From positions 32,001 to 96,000 of IMG/VR virus record IMGVR_UViG_3300013901_000008: a stretch of DNA of 64,000 nucleotides; one strand, written 5' to 3'. The stretch comes from a virus. Taxonomy: Duplodnaviria; Caudoviricetes. Positions 39,639 through 48,337 of this stretch are shown here, in pieces (the first letter of the stretch is position 1; each line of letters begins with the position of its first letter). The notes beneath the pieces are model-generated. The model saw only the letters and a program-made list of their open reading frames with translations, was not told the DNA's origin and did not search any database. Position numbers and translations under genes: made by a program.

Positions 39639-40061
39639 ATGGAATACAAGAACTCCCAAATTTTGGCAGCGGTCGTGTCCGAATGGGCACGCCCTGCCAT
39701 TTCTCAGATAGCCGCTGGCAATCTGATGCGCCTTCCTATGTTGCAATCTCTGCAAGCTACCATCGGTGGCATGGGGCTTGTGAGTGGAAGCTATTCCCTA
39801 CAAGCAGATATGGAACCTATGATTCAACCTGTAGTGAATGCACTCGTTACCCCGATGCTTACCAAGTATTTTGGTAACATTCCAGAAGAGAGTATTCCGC
39901 AGATGGCTCATGATGTAGTGAACAGTCTTCGCTACAAGGGTCCACTGTCGGTATTGGAGGGGTTGGTTACTTTCGAGGAAGAAGATCTCGATGAACTCGC
40001 AGACCTTCTTCAGAAGAATCTACCAGTAGAGAGTAATCAGGGCTATCAAGTAAAACATTAA
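39639..40061 (+). CDS. hypothetical helical protein
   Basis: 140-aa ORF in operon. Confidence 0.7.
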   Translation: MEYKNSQILAAVVSEWARPAISQIAAGNLMRLPMLQSLQATIGGMGLVSGSYSLQADMEPMIQPVVNALVTPMLTKYFGNIPEESIPQMAHDVVNSLRYKGPLSVLEGLVTFEEEDLDELADLLQKNLPVESNQGYQVKH

Positions 40062-40093
40062 TATCGAAAAGCTTTTCGGCGACTTAAACAGAA

Positions 40094-40528
40094 ATGATTA
40101 TGAACAAAAGAACGTTTCCGGCTAATATCATAGCCACGCTTGCAGTAGGCTCTTCCACCACTGCACCTTATTACGACATCAATATCACACAACAGCTTTG
40201 CGTTCCGGCATGTGCGGACGAGACTCCTGTCTTTGCGCCTAAGTTTACCATCAAAAGTATTGCCAATGTTGGAACCTCGCAATACCTTGTTGTGTTGCAT
40301 GTAGAGGGAGTTATCAGTTATGTACCTTGCGGCTGTGGCTCTTGTTGCACTCGCTCGCAGGTGGTGAGCCAGGACTTTACGATACCAGTCTTTAGCGCAA
40401 CCGCTATTAGCGGCATCACTGCATCGGTGGGTAGCATACAGAATGGTATCGCAAAAGTGTCTTGCCAGTCATGCAGTAAGACCTTTGTGTGCGATGCGCC
40501 TCTCACGCTCACGATTGCCACGGCGTAA
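40094..40528 (+). CDS. Cys-rich beta-strand protein
   Basis: LCVPAC, VPCGCGSCC and SCQSCSK...VC. Confidence 0.7.
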   Translation: MIMNKRTFPANIIATLAVGSSTTAPYYDINITQQLCVPACADETPVFAPKFTIKSIANVGTSQYLVVLHVEGVISYVPCGCGSCCTRSQVVSQDFTIPVFSATAISGITASVGSIQNGIAKVSCQSCSKTFVCDAPLTLTIATA

Positions 40529-40546
40529 CGTAAAGTTCCCCTTGCG

Positions 40547-40897
40547 ATGATGATGTATCTGTTTGTAGCCATCGCTATGATGATGGCGGCTACCCTTATT
40601 CAACACCTTGGTTTGGCAGAAGCGATAACCGAGATATTGGTTAAGGTGTTAAGCAAGGTTGCAAGTTGTAATCAATGTTTTACGTTTTGGTTGTCGCTTG
40701 CAGCTTTGCTTTGCGAGGGTTGTACTATAGTCTGGGCTATCGCTCTTGCAATCCTCATGGCTTATTTGTCTAATTGGTTTGTCTTGTTGTTGATGATCCT
40801 TCAAAGGTTGTTCTCCAAGATATATAATCGGGAAAAAGAATATGAGCAAGAAAGAAAATACGAACGAAAGAAAGTTGAAAGAAAGAAAGCAGGATGA
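40547..40897 (+). CDS. membrane protein with CxxC (DUF1360-like)
   Basis: Three hydrophobic segments; SCNQCFTFW. Confidence 0.6.
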   Translation: MMMYLFVAIAMMMAATLIQHLGLAEAITEILVKVLSKVASCNQCFTFWLSLAALLCEGCTIVWAIALAILMAYLSNWFVLLLMILQRLFSKIYNREKEYEQERKYERKKVERKKAG

Positions 40898-40982
40898 AGT
40901 TTCTTTCTTTCAGCCTTTGGGTAAGTATCAAACATTGATACCTGTCATTCCTCATTTCAAGGGCATCTGCCCGAATTGTTGA
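40842..40982 (+). CDS. small protein (46 aa) ending in CPNC, absent from the ORF track
   Basis: MSKKENTNERK...IPVIPHFKGICPNC. Confidence 0.5.
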   Translation: MSKKENTNERKLKERKQDEVSFFQPLGKYQTLIPVIPHFKGICPNC

Positions 40983-41012
40983 ACTTTTGTGATATAAAAT
41001 GTAGAAGAAAAC

Positions 41013-41513
41013 ATGAGATATATTCAGTTGATAGAACAGGCTCGCTTGCATGGCGTTACTTCAGAAAAGAAAATGTGGGCAGCCATCGAACAAATGTCTT
41101 GCGACTTGATGGTTCTTGAGAACGACCATTCAGAGTTGTATTGGCAAATATTAAGAAATCAGCACGCCATTCTTTACGACCGCCATTACAGCGAGAAGTT
41201 TGCTAACCATGATGTAAATCGCCTTGTACATAGCAAACTCAATGGCAAGGGAGAGTCTGTAGGTATGGGTGCGCATTGGACGAAATCGGAGATAGTGGAT
41301 GCTACCAAGGGAATGCAATTCCACGAAAAAGTGAACGATTGGGATAAGTATGTAGCATTTAATGCTATGTATGCAGACCTTTGCGCCGATATGACCGATG
41401 AAGAGATTATCAAGGCGGCTTATCTTTTCTATTTTCATGATGCAGACTGGCAACCATCGGAGGATGATTGCACCAAGGTTTGGGATTACATGAGTAGTCA
41501 TGCCAAGATGTAA
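41013..41513 (+). CDS. conserved hypothetical helical protein (His/Asp/Trp-rich)
   Basis: GAHWT, WDKYVAFNAMYAD and FHDAD...KVWDY. Confidence 0.7.
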   Translation: MRYIQLIEQARLHGVTSEKKMWAAIEQMSCDLMVLENDHSELYWQILRNQHAILYDRHYSEKFANHDVNRLVHSKLNGKGESVGMGAHWTKSEIVDATKGMQFHEKVNDWDKYVAFNAMYADLCADMTDEEIIKAAYLFYFHDADWQPSEDDCTKVWDYMSSHAKM

Positions 41514-41565
41514 GGTAAGGAAAGTGTTCAGGATAACTTGTAATTTTAAGATTGATGTTTATATT

Positions 41566-41604
41566 GAAGCCTCTTTGCGCCTATGGTAGCCGCAAAGGGG
41601 CTTC
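41566..41604 (+). terminator. hairpin closing the Cys-rich operon
   Basis: GAAGCCTCTTTGCG...CGCAAAGGGGCTTC. Confidence 0.6.
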
Positions 41605-41610
41605 CACTGT

Positions 41611-41647
41611 TTTGTCCCCACTAAAAAAATCCTTTTTTCTATCTTTG
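41611..41647 (+). promoter_or_regulatory. late promoter (endolysin/portal/tail operon)
   Basis: TTTGTCCC-N21-TATCTTTG. Confidence 0.75.
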
Positions 41648-41674
41648 CATCATCAATACAAAAAATATAAGATT

Positions 41675-42229
41675 ATGGCAAAAATAGAACCAATCGCAAA
41701 ATTCATTCTCTCCTTTGAGGGAGGTTTCGTCAACGACCCGAAAGACAAGGGTGGTGCGACCAATAAAGGCGTAACCATCGCCACCTGGCGTATGCAAGGC
41801 TATGACAAGGATGGCGACGGCGACATCGACGTGGATGATTTGAAGCTCATCACCGATGCCGATGCCACCGAAGTTATGCGCCGCTGTTATTGGAAGCGAT
41901 GGCGTGCGGACGAAATCAAGAACCAGAGTATTGCCAACCTACTTGTGGATTGGATTTGGTGCAGCGGAACGCCATCTATCACCATCACCCAGTCGATGCT
42001 TGGGCTGAAAGCAGATGGCATCCCTGGTAAGCAGACGATTGCGGCTATCAATCGGCAGAACCCTAAGACGTTCTTCAATCGCTTGAAGGCTCGCCGTAAG
42101 CAATTCTATGAGGGCATTGTAAAGAACAATCCTTCGCAAAAAAGATTCATCAATGGTTGGTTGCGAAGACTCGAAGCTATCAAGTATGGCTCGCTTGTTA
42201 CCAATAGAGGCACTATCATAAAGTGCTAA
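41675..42229 (+). CDS. endolysin, glycoside hydrolase family 108 with peptidoglycan-binding domain
   Basis: EGGFVNDPKDKGGATNKGVT and QKRFINGWLRR; the likely start is MAKIEP at 41675. Confidence 0.9.
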   Translation: MAKIEPIAKFILSFEGGFVNDPKDKGGATNKGVTIATWRMQGYDKDGDGDIDVDDLKLITDADATEVMRRCYWKRWRADEIKNQSIANLLVDWIWCSGTPSITITQSMLGLKADGIPGKQTIAAINRQNPKTFFNRLKARRKQFYEGIVKNNPSQKRFINGWLRRLEAIKYGSLVTNRGTIIKC

Positions 42230-42337
42230 GGTAGCAATGTACGAATATACAAACACATAAAAGCACTAACGTACAAAAGCATAAACGTACAGAAGTACTG
42301 AAGTACTAACGTACAAAAATATTAAAGTATCAATACA

Positions 42338-43429
42338 ATGGCATTACCTACAGGCAGTAAGATGCAAGCACCTTTTGATTCCCGACGTATCGACCTCAAT
42401 CTTCCGAAGCATTGGAATGGTTGCAGCCGAGAGCAACTGGAAATAATAGCCGATATATTCCGCGACCAAGTGGAGCGAGAAGACCGGTACCATCCTTTCT
42501 CCATGGAGAATGTGAAGCTGGCGGCATTCTTCCTTTTGGCTAACTTGGAGATACTCGCCTACCCCGACACCCGATTGCCACAAGACGAGCAATTCTATCT
42601 CTGTAGAGTTGTTACTCCTGCGGATAAGAATCACCCTACCGATGATTCCTTCCCTCTCTACCTTTGGCAAATCAACTACTGGCTGTCTCCGAAGGCAAAG
42701 ACCGACAACAAGCAATCGGCTGAATACATTGCCCATGGTGCCGACATCTTGGGATGGATGGATAGCAAGAACGGAATGTTCCTTACTTGGTTCCCATACG
42801 ATGAGATAAGCCGCAAGAAGCAAGGTGCAGGTATCTTCGCAAAGAAAAAGCGATTCCGTGGCCCGCGAACGGATCTTGATGGTTTCTCCTGGGCACAATA
42901 TCGTTTTGCATCGGATATGATGGGTACCTACACCCAACTTAGCAACTCTCTCATCAAGATGCAACAGATGAAAAAATTCACCCCAGAGCAGATAGAGAAG
43001 CAAGCCAAGAACGTAGAACTTGCCAAGGCGATGTTCCTGGCAGTTATCTTCAATGGCGAGGTGAAGTATTTAGATGCCAATTCGGGATTGGTGCGCAAAG
43101 GTTTTCATTACGACAGCCTGCAATGCACCGAGAATGCCGACTACTTCAAGGGATTTCCCGAAAACCAATGGCAGGTTATCTTGTTTTGGTGGACGGGTAC
43201 CATGCACGTTCTTAGCAAGCGATTCCCTCACGTCTTCAAGGTGCAGCCTACCAAAAAGCAGAAGCCAAGCGCACCTTTGGAGATTTACACCGCCACCACT
43301 GCCACGATGCAGAAGTATGCAGGGCTGACCGAAGACCAGGTGAACAACCAAAGTTACTCCTTGGTACTCGAACACCTGGAACGCCTATCCAAGGAAAACG
43401 AGGAGATGGAGAAAATGAGACGTAAATAG
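42338..43429 (+). CDS. conserved hypothetical phage morphogenesis protein
   Basis: 363 aa with LPKHWN motif, in the late operon before the portal. Confidence 0.6.
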   Translation: MALPTGSKMQAPFDSRRIDLNLPKHWNGCSREQLEIIADIFRDQVEREDRYHPFSMENVKLAAFFLLANLEILAYPDTRLPQDEQFYLCRVVTPADKNHPTDDSFPLYLWQINYWLSPKAKTDNKQSAEYIAHGADILGWMDSKNGMFLTWFPYDEISRKKQGAGIFAKKKRFRGPRTDLDGFSWAQYRFASDMMGTYTQLSNSLIKMQQMKKFTPEQIEKQAKNVELAKAMFLAVIFNGEVKYLDANSGLVRKGFHYDSLQCTENADYFKGFPENQWQVILFWWTGTMHVLSKRFPHVFKVQPTKKQKPSAPLEIYTATTATMQKYAGLTEDQVNNQSYSLVLEHLERLSKENEEMEKMRRK

Positions 43430-43469
43430 ATATAAATATTCAGGATAACATTTAAAAAAGTAAAACGCT

Positions 43470-45293
43470 ATGACAAGAAAAAACAGAGTCACAAACTTGC
43501 GGCAGTTCCAACATCGTAGTGAGGAACTCAAGCGAGAAGGCTATGTAGCCGTGCGCCCTGATGCCTACGTGTCGCCCAAGAACGGCGGCTGCAAGGTATT
43601 CTCTTGGAATGACTACGTTCGCTCCATGCTCCTTAGCGAGGCCGGCATGAGTGCCAGCAGTGCATCGGGCGAGGGCAGCGCAGCTCGGCAGCAGGTATCT
43701 ACCATCTTCGCATCGAGCGGAGGCGAAAGCCTGTCAAAGCCAAAGGATGTTGGCACACCCGACCTTGGCTACATGGAATGGGGATTCGGCAACCGCAAAC
43801 CTAACATCGTATGGTTGCTTACTCGTATGTCGCCATTCACTGCGGCTGGCTACGATTTCATCAAGAAAATCTTGGTGGGTCGCGGTCCTATGCCTAAGTA
43901 TCACTATACACAATATGTGGGTGGCAACATCACGGAGAAGTATATCCCCTACGAGACGGCAGGCGTGTTGCTTCGCGGTCGTATCGCCGAGTTGAAGGCG
44001 CAGGAGGAAAAGGCTAAGTTGGAACGTCAGCAAGCCGAGCAAGCGCAGCAGAACCAGCAACAGGGTGAATCTGATAATACTTCAGAAGAAAAGCCTATAT
44101 CTCTTAACCTTTCCTATCCTGCCCAGGATGAAGAGGATTCCGATGAGATGAAATCTCTTAAAGAGGATTTGAAGAAATGGGAAGAGACGAATGCCTGGGT
44201 TCGTCAATTCATCGACGATAACGACTTGATGCAGACTTACCTCAATATGGCTGGCGATATGGCTCTGATGTCGCAGTGTTTTGCAGAGATCCAGTTGAAC
44301 CAACGTCAGTTGGGCGATAATGGCAAACCAGTAGATACAGCCAACTGGAAGCCAAAGGCAATCGGGCTAAAACATCGCAGTATCTTTACTACCCGACTGG
44401 AGCGACAAGATAGCAAGTATCGCATCAACTATGCGTACATTTCTAATCAATGGCTCGATGCCACCCAGTCTGCCAACACCCTCAAAGAGGAAGACCGAAA
44501 AATATCTGCCTTGCCTTTCTTGCAATCCACATCGGCTGTAAAAGACTTGCAGCGATACATTAGGGAGGCGAGACAGAAGCGAGTGAGCGTAAAGAAACGC
44601 CCTACCCGATTCATCATGTCGCCAAGAGATTATGGTGGCCCATACTATGCCGATGCTTCTTGGCACTCCATCTTTGCCGGCAGTATCTTTGAGTATGCTT
44701 TCACCATCGTGGATGATAGACTCACGAGAAAGCGCAACAGCAACATCATCGGTCGAGTTATCTACATTCACCAAGACTACATCAACAAGCTCTATCAGCA
44801 GCAAGGCGAGAGCAAGAAGAAGACCATTGGCGAGATTCAGAACGAAATCTTCACATCCATCAATACATGGCTCGCCAATCCCGACAATGCAGGTCAAGCC
44901 CTCGTCTCTTCCGCCTTCACGGGTAGCGACGGTAAGGAGCACAAGGCTTGGGAAATCGTGGAAATCGAAAGCAAGGCCAACGACCAAGCGAATGCCGACA
45001 AGACCGAGTTGCAGGAGATTTCGAGCATCATCTTCTTTGCCATGGGTCTTGATGCCAAGCTTATCGGCAACACGCCTGGCGACACGGCTTCATCGGGTGG
45101 TACCGACCTTAGAGAGCGATTCTTGGTTAAGCAAATCCAGTTTGCTCCTATGCAGCAAGCGATGCTGAGACCGCTGGAGGTTATCTCCCGATTCAACGAG
45201 TGGGATGAGCATCTCGTTTGGCAGATAGACAGAGAGGTGCTGACTACCCTCGATAACTCGAAAACTGGAGTAGCAAAGCAGGGACAGGAGTAA
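43470..45293 (+). CDS. portal protein
   Basis: WGFGNRKPN, IIFFAMGLDAKLIGNTPG...GGTDLRE and LTTLDNSKTG motifs of Bacteroidetes phage portals. Confidence 0.8.
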   Translation: MTRKNRVTNLRQFQHRSEELKREGYVAVRPDAYVSPKNGGCKVFSWNDYVRSMLLSEAGMSASSASGEGSAARQQVSTIFASSGGESLSKPKDVGTPDLGYMEWGFGNRKPNIVWLLTRMSPFTAAGYDFIKKILVGRGPMPKYHYTQYVGGNITEKYIPYETAGVLLRGRIAELKAQEEKAKLERQQAEQAQQNQQQGESDNTSEEKPISLNLSYPAQDEEDSDEMKSLKEDLKKWEETNAWVRQFIDDNDLMQTYLNMAGDMALMSQCFAEIQLNQRQLGDNGKPVDTANWKPKAIGLKHRSIFTTRLERQDSKYRINYAYISNQWLDATQSANTLKEEDRKISALPFLQSTSAVKDLQRYIREARQKRVSVKKRPTRFIMSPRDYGGPYYADASWHSIFAGSIFEYAFTIVDDRLTRKRNSNIIGRVIYIHQDYINKLYQQQGESKKKTIGEIQNEIFTSINTWLANPDNAGQALVSSAFTGSDGKEHKAWEIVEIESKANDQANADKTELQEISSIIFFAMGLDAKLIGNTPGDTASSGGTDLRERFLVKQIQFAPMQQAMLRPLEVISRFNEWDEHLVWQIDREVLTTLDNSKTGVAKQGQE

Positions 45294-45303
45294 GGGTATG
45301 TTT

Positions 45304-45560
45304 TAGCCGATTTCTTCAAATCGGTTAACCGATTTCATCAAATTGGTTAACCCTTTTGATAAAATCGGTTAGCCGTTTGAAAAATGAGGCAGAAAACTCG
45401 ACGAAAACTATACCTATCTTTTTCGGAAACTATACCTATGGTTTTAGAAAGTGATACCTATACTTTTTTACAACAATGCCCATTCCTGATATATAACAAT
45501 GCCCATTGTATGAAGGCAACAATGCCCATTGTATGAAGGCAACAATGCCCATTCCTATAT
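45304..45560. repeat. three adjacent tandem-repeat blocks with 22, 22 and 23 bp periods
   Basis: A: TAACCGATTTNNNNAAATCGGT-type x3 (45304). B: AAACTATACCTAT-type x3 (45403). C: AACAATGCCCATT x4 (45472, 45495, 45518, 45541). Confidence 0.85.
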
Positions 45561-45613
45561 GGATGGTATGGCAATACTATATAATGTTTCAAAGAACAAA
45601 AATATAAAAAGAT

Positions 45614-46864
45614 ATGATACTCTTCACAAATCAAGAACTTCGGCTTCACCTCCCCAGCAACGCTGTGGACGAGGTGGCTAACTTGCAGGGTATGCTCGAT
45701 AATAGTGAAAAAGATTTCTTGAAGCCTCGCTTGGGTGAATCGCTCTACAATCGCTTGTGCGAATATTACAGAGGCATAGAGCCATCTGATTTTTGCGACG
45801 CTGTTATCAACGGCGATTATGACAAAAACCCATGGAACGAGGTCTTACTGTATGCCCAGCGCATGATCGTAAACGATGCGATGGCGAAAAACATCGAAAA
45901 GCAACTTCTTTCGATGAATGGCACTGGCATCAATGTGGCTTCGAGTAACGACTATTCTGTGGCAACCGATAAGCAGATAGCCCAGGGCAAGGAAAGTTAT
46001 CGCGAGACTGCGATGATTTCTCTCAATAACTTGCTATCTCTCTTGGAGGGATGGGCAAAGAAAATCAATACCCCAATGGAGATTGATACCTTATCGGGCG
46101 ATAACACATCTTTAAGTGATAGCGCATCTGGTGATACAGAAACATCTGATAGCGCAGGTTCTTCCGATAACGCTGGCTCTTCGGATAACACTGGCTCATC
46201 TGATGATACAGGTTCTTCCGATAACACTGGTTCTTCTGATGAAACCGAGGCGGATAAACTGCAAGCCATCGGCGAGATAGTCTTACTGTGGGAAGAAAGC
46301 AAGTACTATTATTATCATTCAGACTTGCTCTTCCCTACCTGCGAGAGCTTGCAGCCGTACCTCGATATTTACGACAATCGAGACAAGTTTGTTCGCTTGA
46401 TTCCCGATATGCGATTCATCCAGAGCGAATATCTGGAAGAGGCATTTGGCGAAGACTTCATCCCTCGCCTTCTGCAAGCAAGCGAAGACGATAAGCTTCT
46501 GAAGAAAGCCCGTCAACTCATAGCCGCATATCTCAAAGAAAGAACGTCGGTTATCAATTTCGATAAGCTGGCTCGTTCTACTGCCCACAATGATGCCATT
46601 ACCGTAAGGGAAAGCATTCATCGCTTACTAAAGAAAGAGGAAGTCGAGAAGCAAGCTGCACTCGATGCAGCCAACGGCGGAAGCGATGGTACCAACACTG
46701 GAAACAACTCTGGAGCAAGCGGCTCTTCCGCATCGACGAGTAACTCCTCCTGTAGTTCATCGTCGGCTTCATCGCCTGGTTCATCATCGGGCGATAATGG
46801 CAACGAGGGCTATCAGAACAACCAAGCTGGCTCCCGAATATTCGTAACCCCTATCCTGTGCTGA
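45614..46864 (+). CDS. putative head-tail adaptor (DUF6712-like) with Ser/Gly/Asp-rich insertions
   Basis: Follows the portal; SEKDFLKPRLGESLY; GSSDNT repeats. Confidence 0.6.
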   Translation: MILFTNQELRLHLPSNAVDEVANLQGMLDNSEKDFLKPRLGESLYNRLCEYYRGIEPSDFCDAVINGDYDKNPWNEVLLYAQRMIVNDAMAKNIEKQLLSMNGTGINVASSNDYSVATDKQIAQGKESYRETAMISLNNLLSLLEGWAKKINTPMEIDTLSGDNTSLSDSASGDTETSDSAGSSDNAGSSDNTGSSDDTGSSDNTGSSDETEADKLQAIGEIVLLWEESKYYYYHSDLLFPTCESLQPYLDIYDNRDKFVRLIPDMRFIQSEYLEEAFGEDFIPRLLQASEDDKLLKKARQLIAAYLKERTSVINFDKLARSTAHNDAITVRESIHRLLKKEEVEKQAALDAANGGSDGTNTGNNSGASGSSASTSNSSCSSSSASSPGSSSGDNGNEGYQNNQAGSRIFVTPILC

Positions 46865-46884
46865 TGTATGATTAAATTCTCGGC

Positions 46885-47105
46885 ATCGGTACACCCCATA
46901 AGCCACCGAAAGGAGTGGCAAAATTGGGGGGGTAAGGTACCCGCCCTAAGAGCTACGGATTATAAATGTCCGCATTGCATTTTGTATGAATACTCATAGG
47001 TTTCGTAAAAATGCACGTAGCGAAAAAGGCTTGTTTTCGATTTAATGTCGTTTTGGGCGTATTCAAAACCGCTTTATCTGCCATTAATCGGAAATCAAGC
47101 CGAAA
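46885..47105 (+). ncRNA. candidate structured RNA (three multi-stem domains)
   Basis: Stems GGTAC/GTACC, ACCCC/GGGGT, GCCAC/GTGGC (GAAA loop), GCTACG/CGTAGC, TGCATTTT/AAAATGCA, and GGCTTG-TTTTCGATTTAATG/CATTAATCGGAAA-T-CAAGCC. Confidence 0.5.
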
Positions 47106-47159
47106 TCGGGTAAATATTATCTTTAAATTTCAAATAAGCAAAAAAAAATAAAAGGATTT

Positions 47160-48320
47160 ATGGAAAATAACATTTTATCAGCCGAACAAATCGTTCAGAT
47201 TCTTGCCCCTGCAATAGGAGCGAGAATGCTTACTTCAGAACAGCGAGAAGCATTCGAGCAAGGTCTTAATCTCCTGAATGGTACCACCAAGGCAAACTCC
47301 TTCGTAAAGGATGCTCGCCGATTCAGAGATTATCATCGCCGTGTTCGTCAGATGGTAACTTACTTGCAAACCACCGACCTCACTGGCGGCACAGGCTCAT
47401 CTGCAAGTAATGGTAGCGATAAGCGACGTGTGGGCAGACCTACCAAGGAGGAGCAGGCTGCCTATATCGAGCAGCAGAAACAGAAAGCCTTGGAAGAGGC
47501 AAAACAATCCATCTTCCCAGAGCTGAAGCCGGACACATCCGTCCAACAGCTCACCTATAATGGTATCGTGGCTAACCCTAACGGAGACAGTATCGCTGCC
47601 ACCATGCCTAACTTGATGCAAATCCGTCCGTTCCTTACCCCAGCCCTACAAGAGCGCATCAACACCGTGCGTGACCTTCGTAACGAAATGGCAAGCAAGG
47701 CAGAGCAGGCTAAGACCATGGCAGAGGCAAACGAGAAAGCTATCTCTCAGGGTAAGGAGGCTATCTATACAGAGGATGAAATCGCAGAACTCGCGACTCG
47801 TGCCACCGAGATAGAGAGCAACATCTTGCCTTCCATCTATACCGATGTGGATAGAGAGATGGGAGAATGCTACCTTCGCTTGAGCGAGAAGACTGGCGAC
47901 CCAGAATACATTAACTACGTAAAGAAAACCTTTACCGTAGAGCCGCAGGAACTTCGTACCCAATTCAAGCCTTTCTTCGAGAAGGCGCAGAGCAGAGACC
48001 CTCGTTTTGCGGATGCCATCGCCGAAAAGATAGCCAACGACCGACCAGAGGTTAAGGCAAAGCGCGATGCCGAAGCCAAGCACAAGGCAGAAGCCGATGC
48101 TCTTATCAAGTACATCATGCGCAAGGATAAGCCATCTTCTCAAACGAGAGTGAAGGGTATCAAGGAGCGCATCGACCAGCTTAGACAGAAATATTCCGAC
48201 ATCGTAAGTGAGGATGAGTTGGCGGGATATGAAGCTATCCTTACCAAGACGATTGAGGAAGCCGAGGTAGGTACATCTTCAGATGCGCCTGCGCAGCCAG
48301 TTAAGAAAGAAAAAGTATAA
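47160..48320 (+). CDS. hypothetical helical protein with AT-hook-like RRVGRPTK
   Basis: 386-aa ORF in the late operon. Confidence 0.65.
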   Translation: MENNILSAEQIVQILAPAIGARMLTSEQREAFEQGLNLLNGTTKANSFVKDARRFRDYHRRVRQMVTYLQTTDLTGGTGSSASNGSDKRRVGRPTKEEQAAYIEQQKQKALEEAKQSIFPELKPDTSVQQLTYNGIVANPNGDSIAATMPNLMQIRPFLTPALQERINTVRDLRNEMASKAEQAKTMAEANEKAISQGKEAIYTEDEIAELATRATEIESNILPSIYTDVDREMGECYLRLSEKTGDPEYINYVKKTFTVEPQELRTQFKPFFEKAQSRDPRFADAIAEKIANDRPEVKAKRDAEAKHKAEADALIKYIMRKDKPSSQTRVKGIKERIDQLRQKYSDIVSEDELAGYEAILTKTIEEAEVGTSSDAPAQPVKKEKV

Positions 48321-48337
48321 GCTATTTTTACAAGAAT

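Noticed and set aside
41552-41674. Extended N-terminus of the endolysin from the ORF track
   Set aside because: The region holds a terminator-like hairpin and the late promoter; ATG 41675 is the likely start.
4612-42320. Degenerate 7-8-mer intergenic repeats (about 4612, 8141, 20405, 24095, 30075, 30575, 42236)
   Set aside because: They are low-complexity spacers common in Prevotella-like DNA, with no consistent unit or functional link.
45304-45560. CRISPR array
   Set aside because: Units are only 22-23 bp, there are no unique spacers of CRISPR length, there are three unrelated repeat families, and no cas genes are present.
46861-46920. Hammerhead ribozyme (CTGATG...CGAAA)
   Set aside because: The core reads CTGATGT rather than CUGANGA, and the required three-stem arrangement is not evident.
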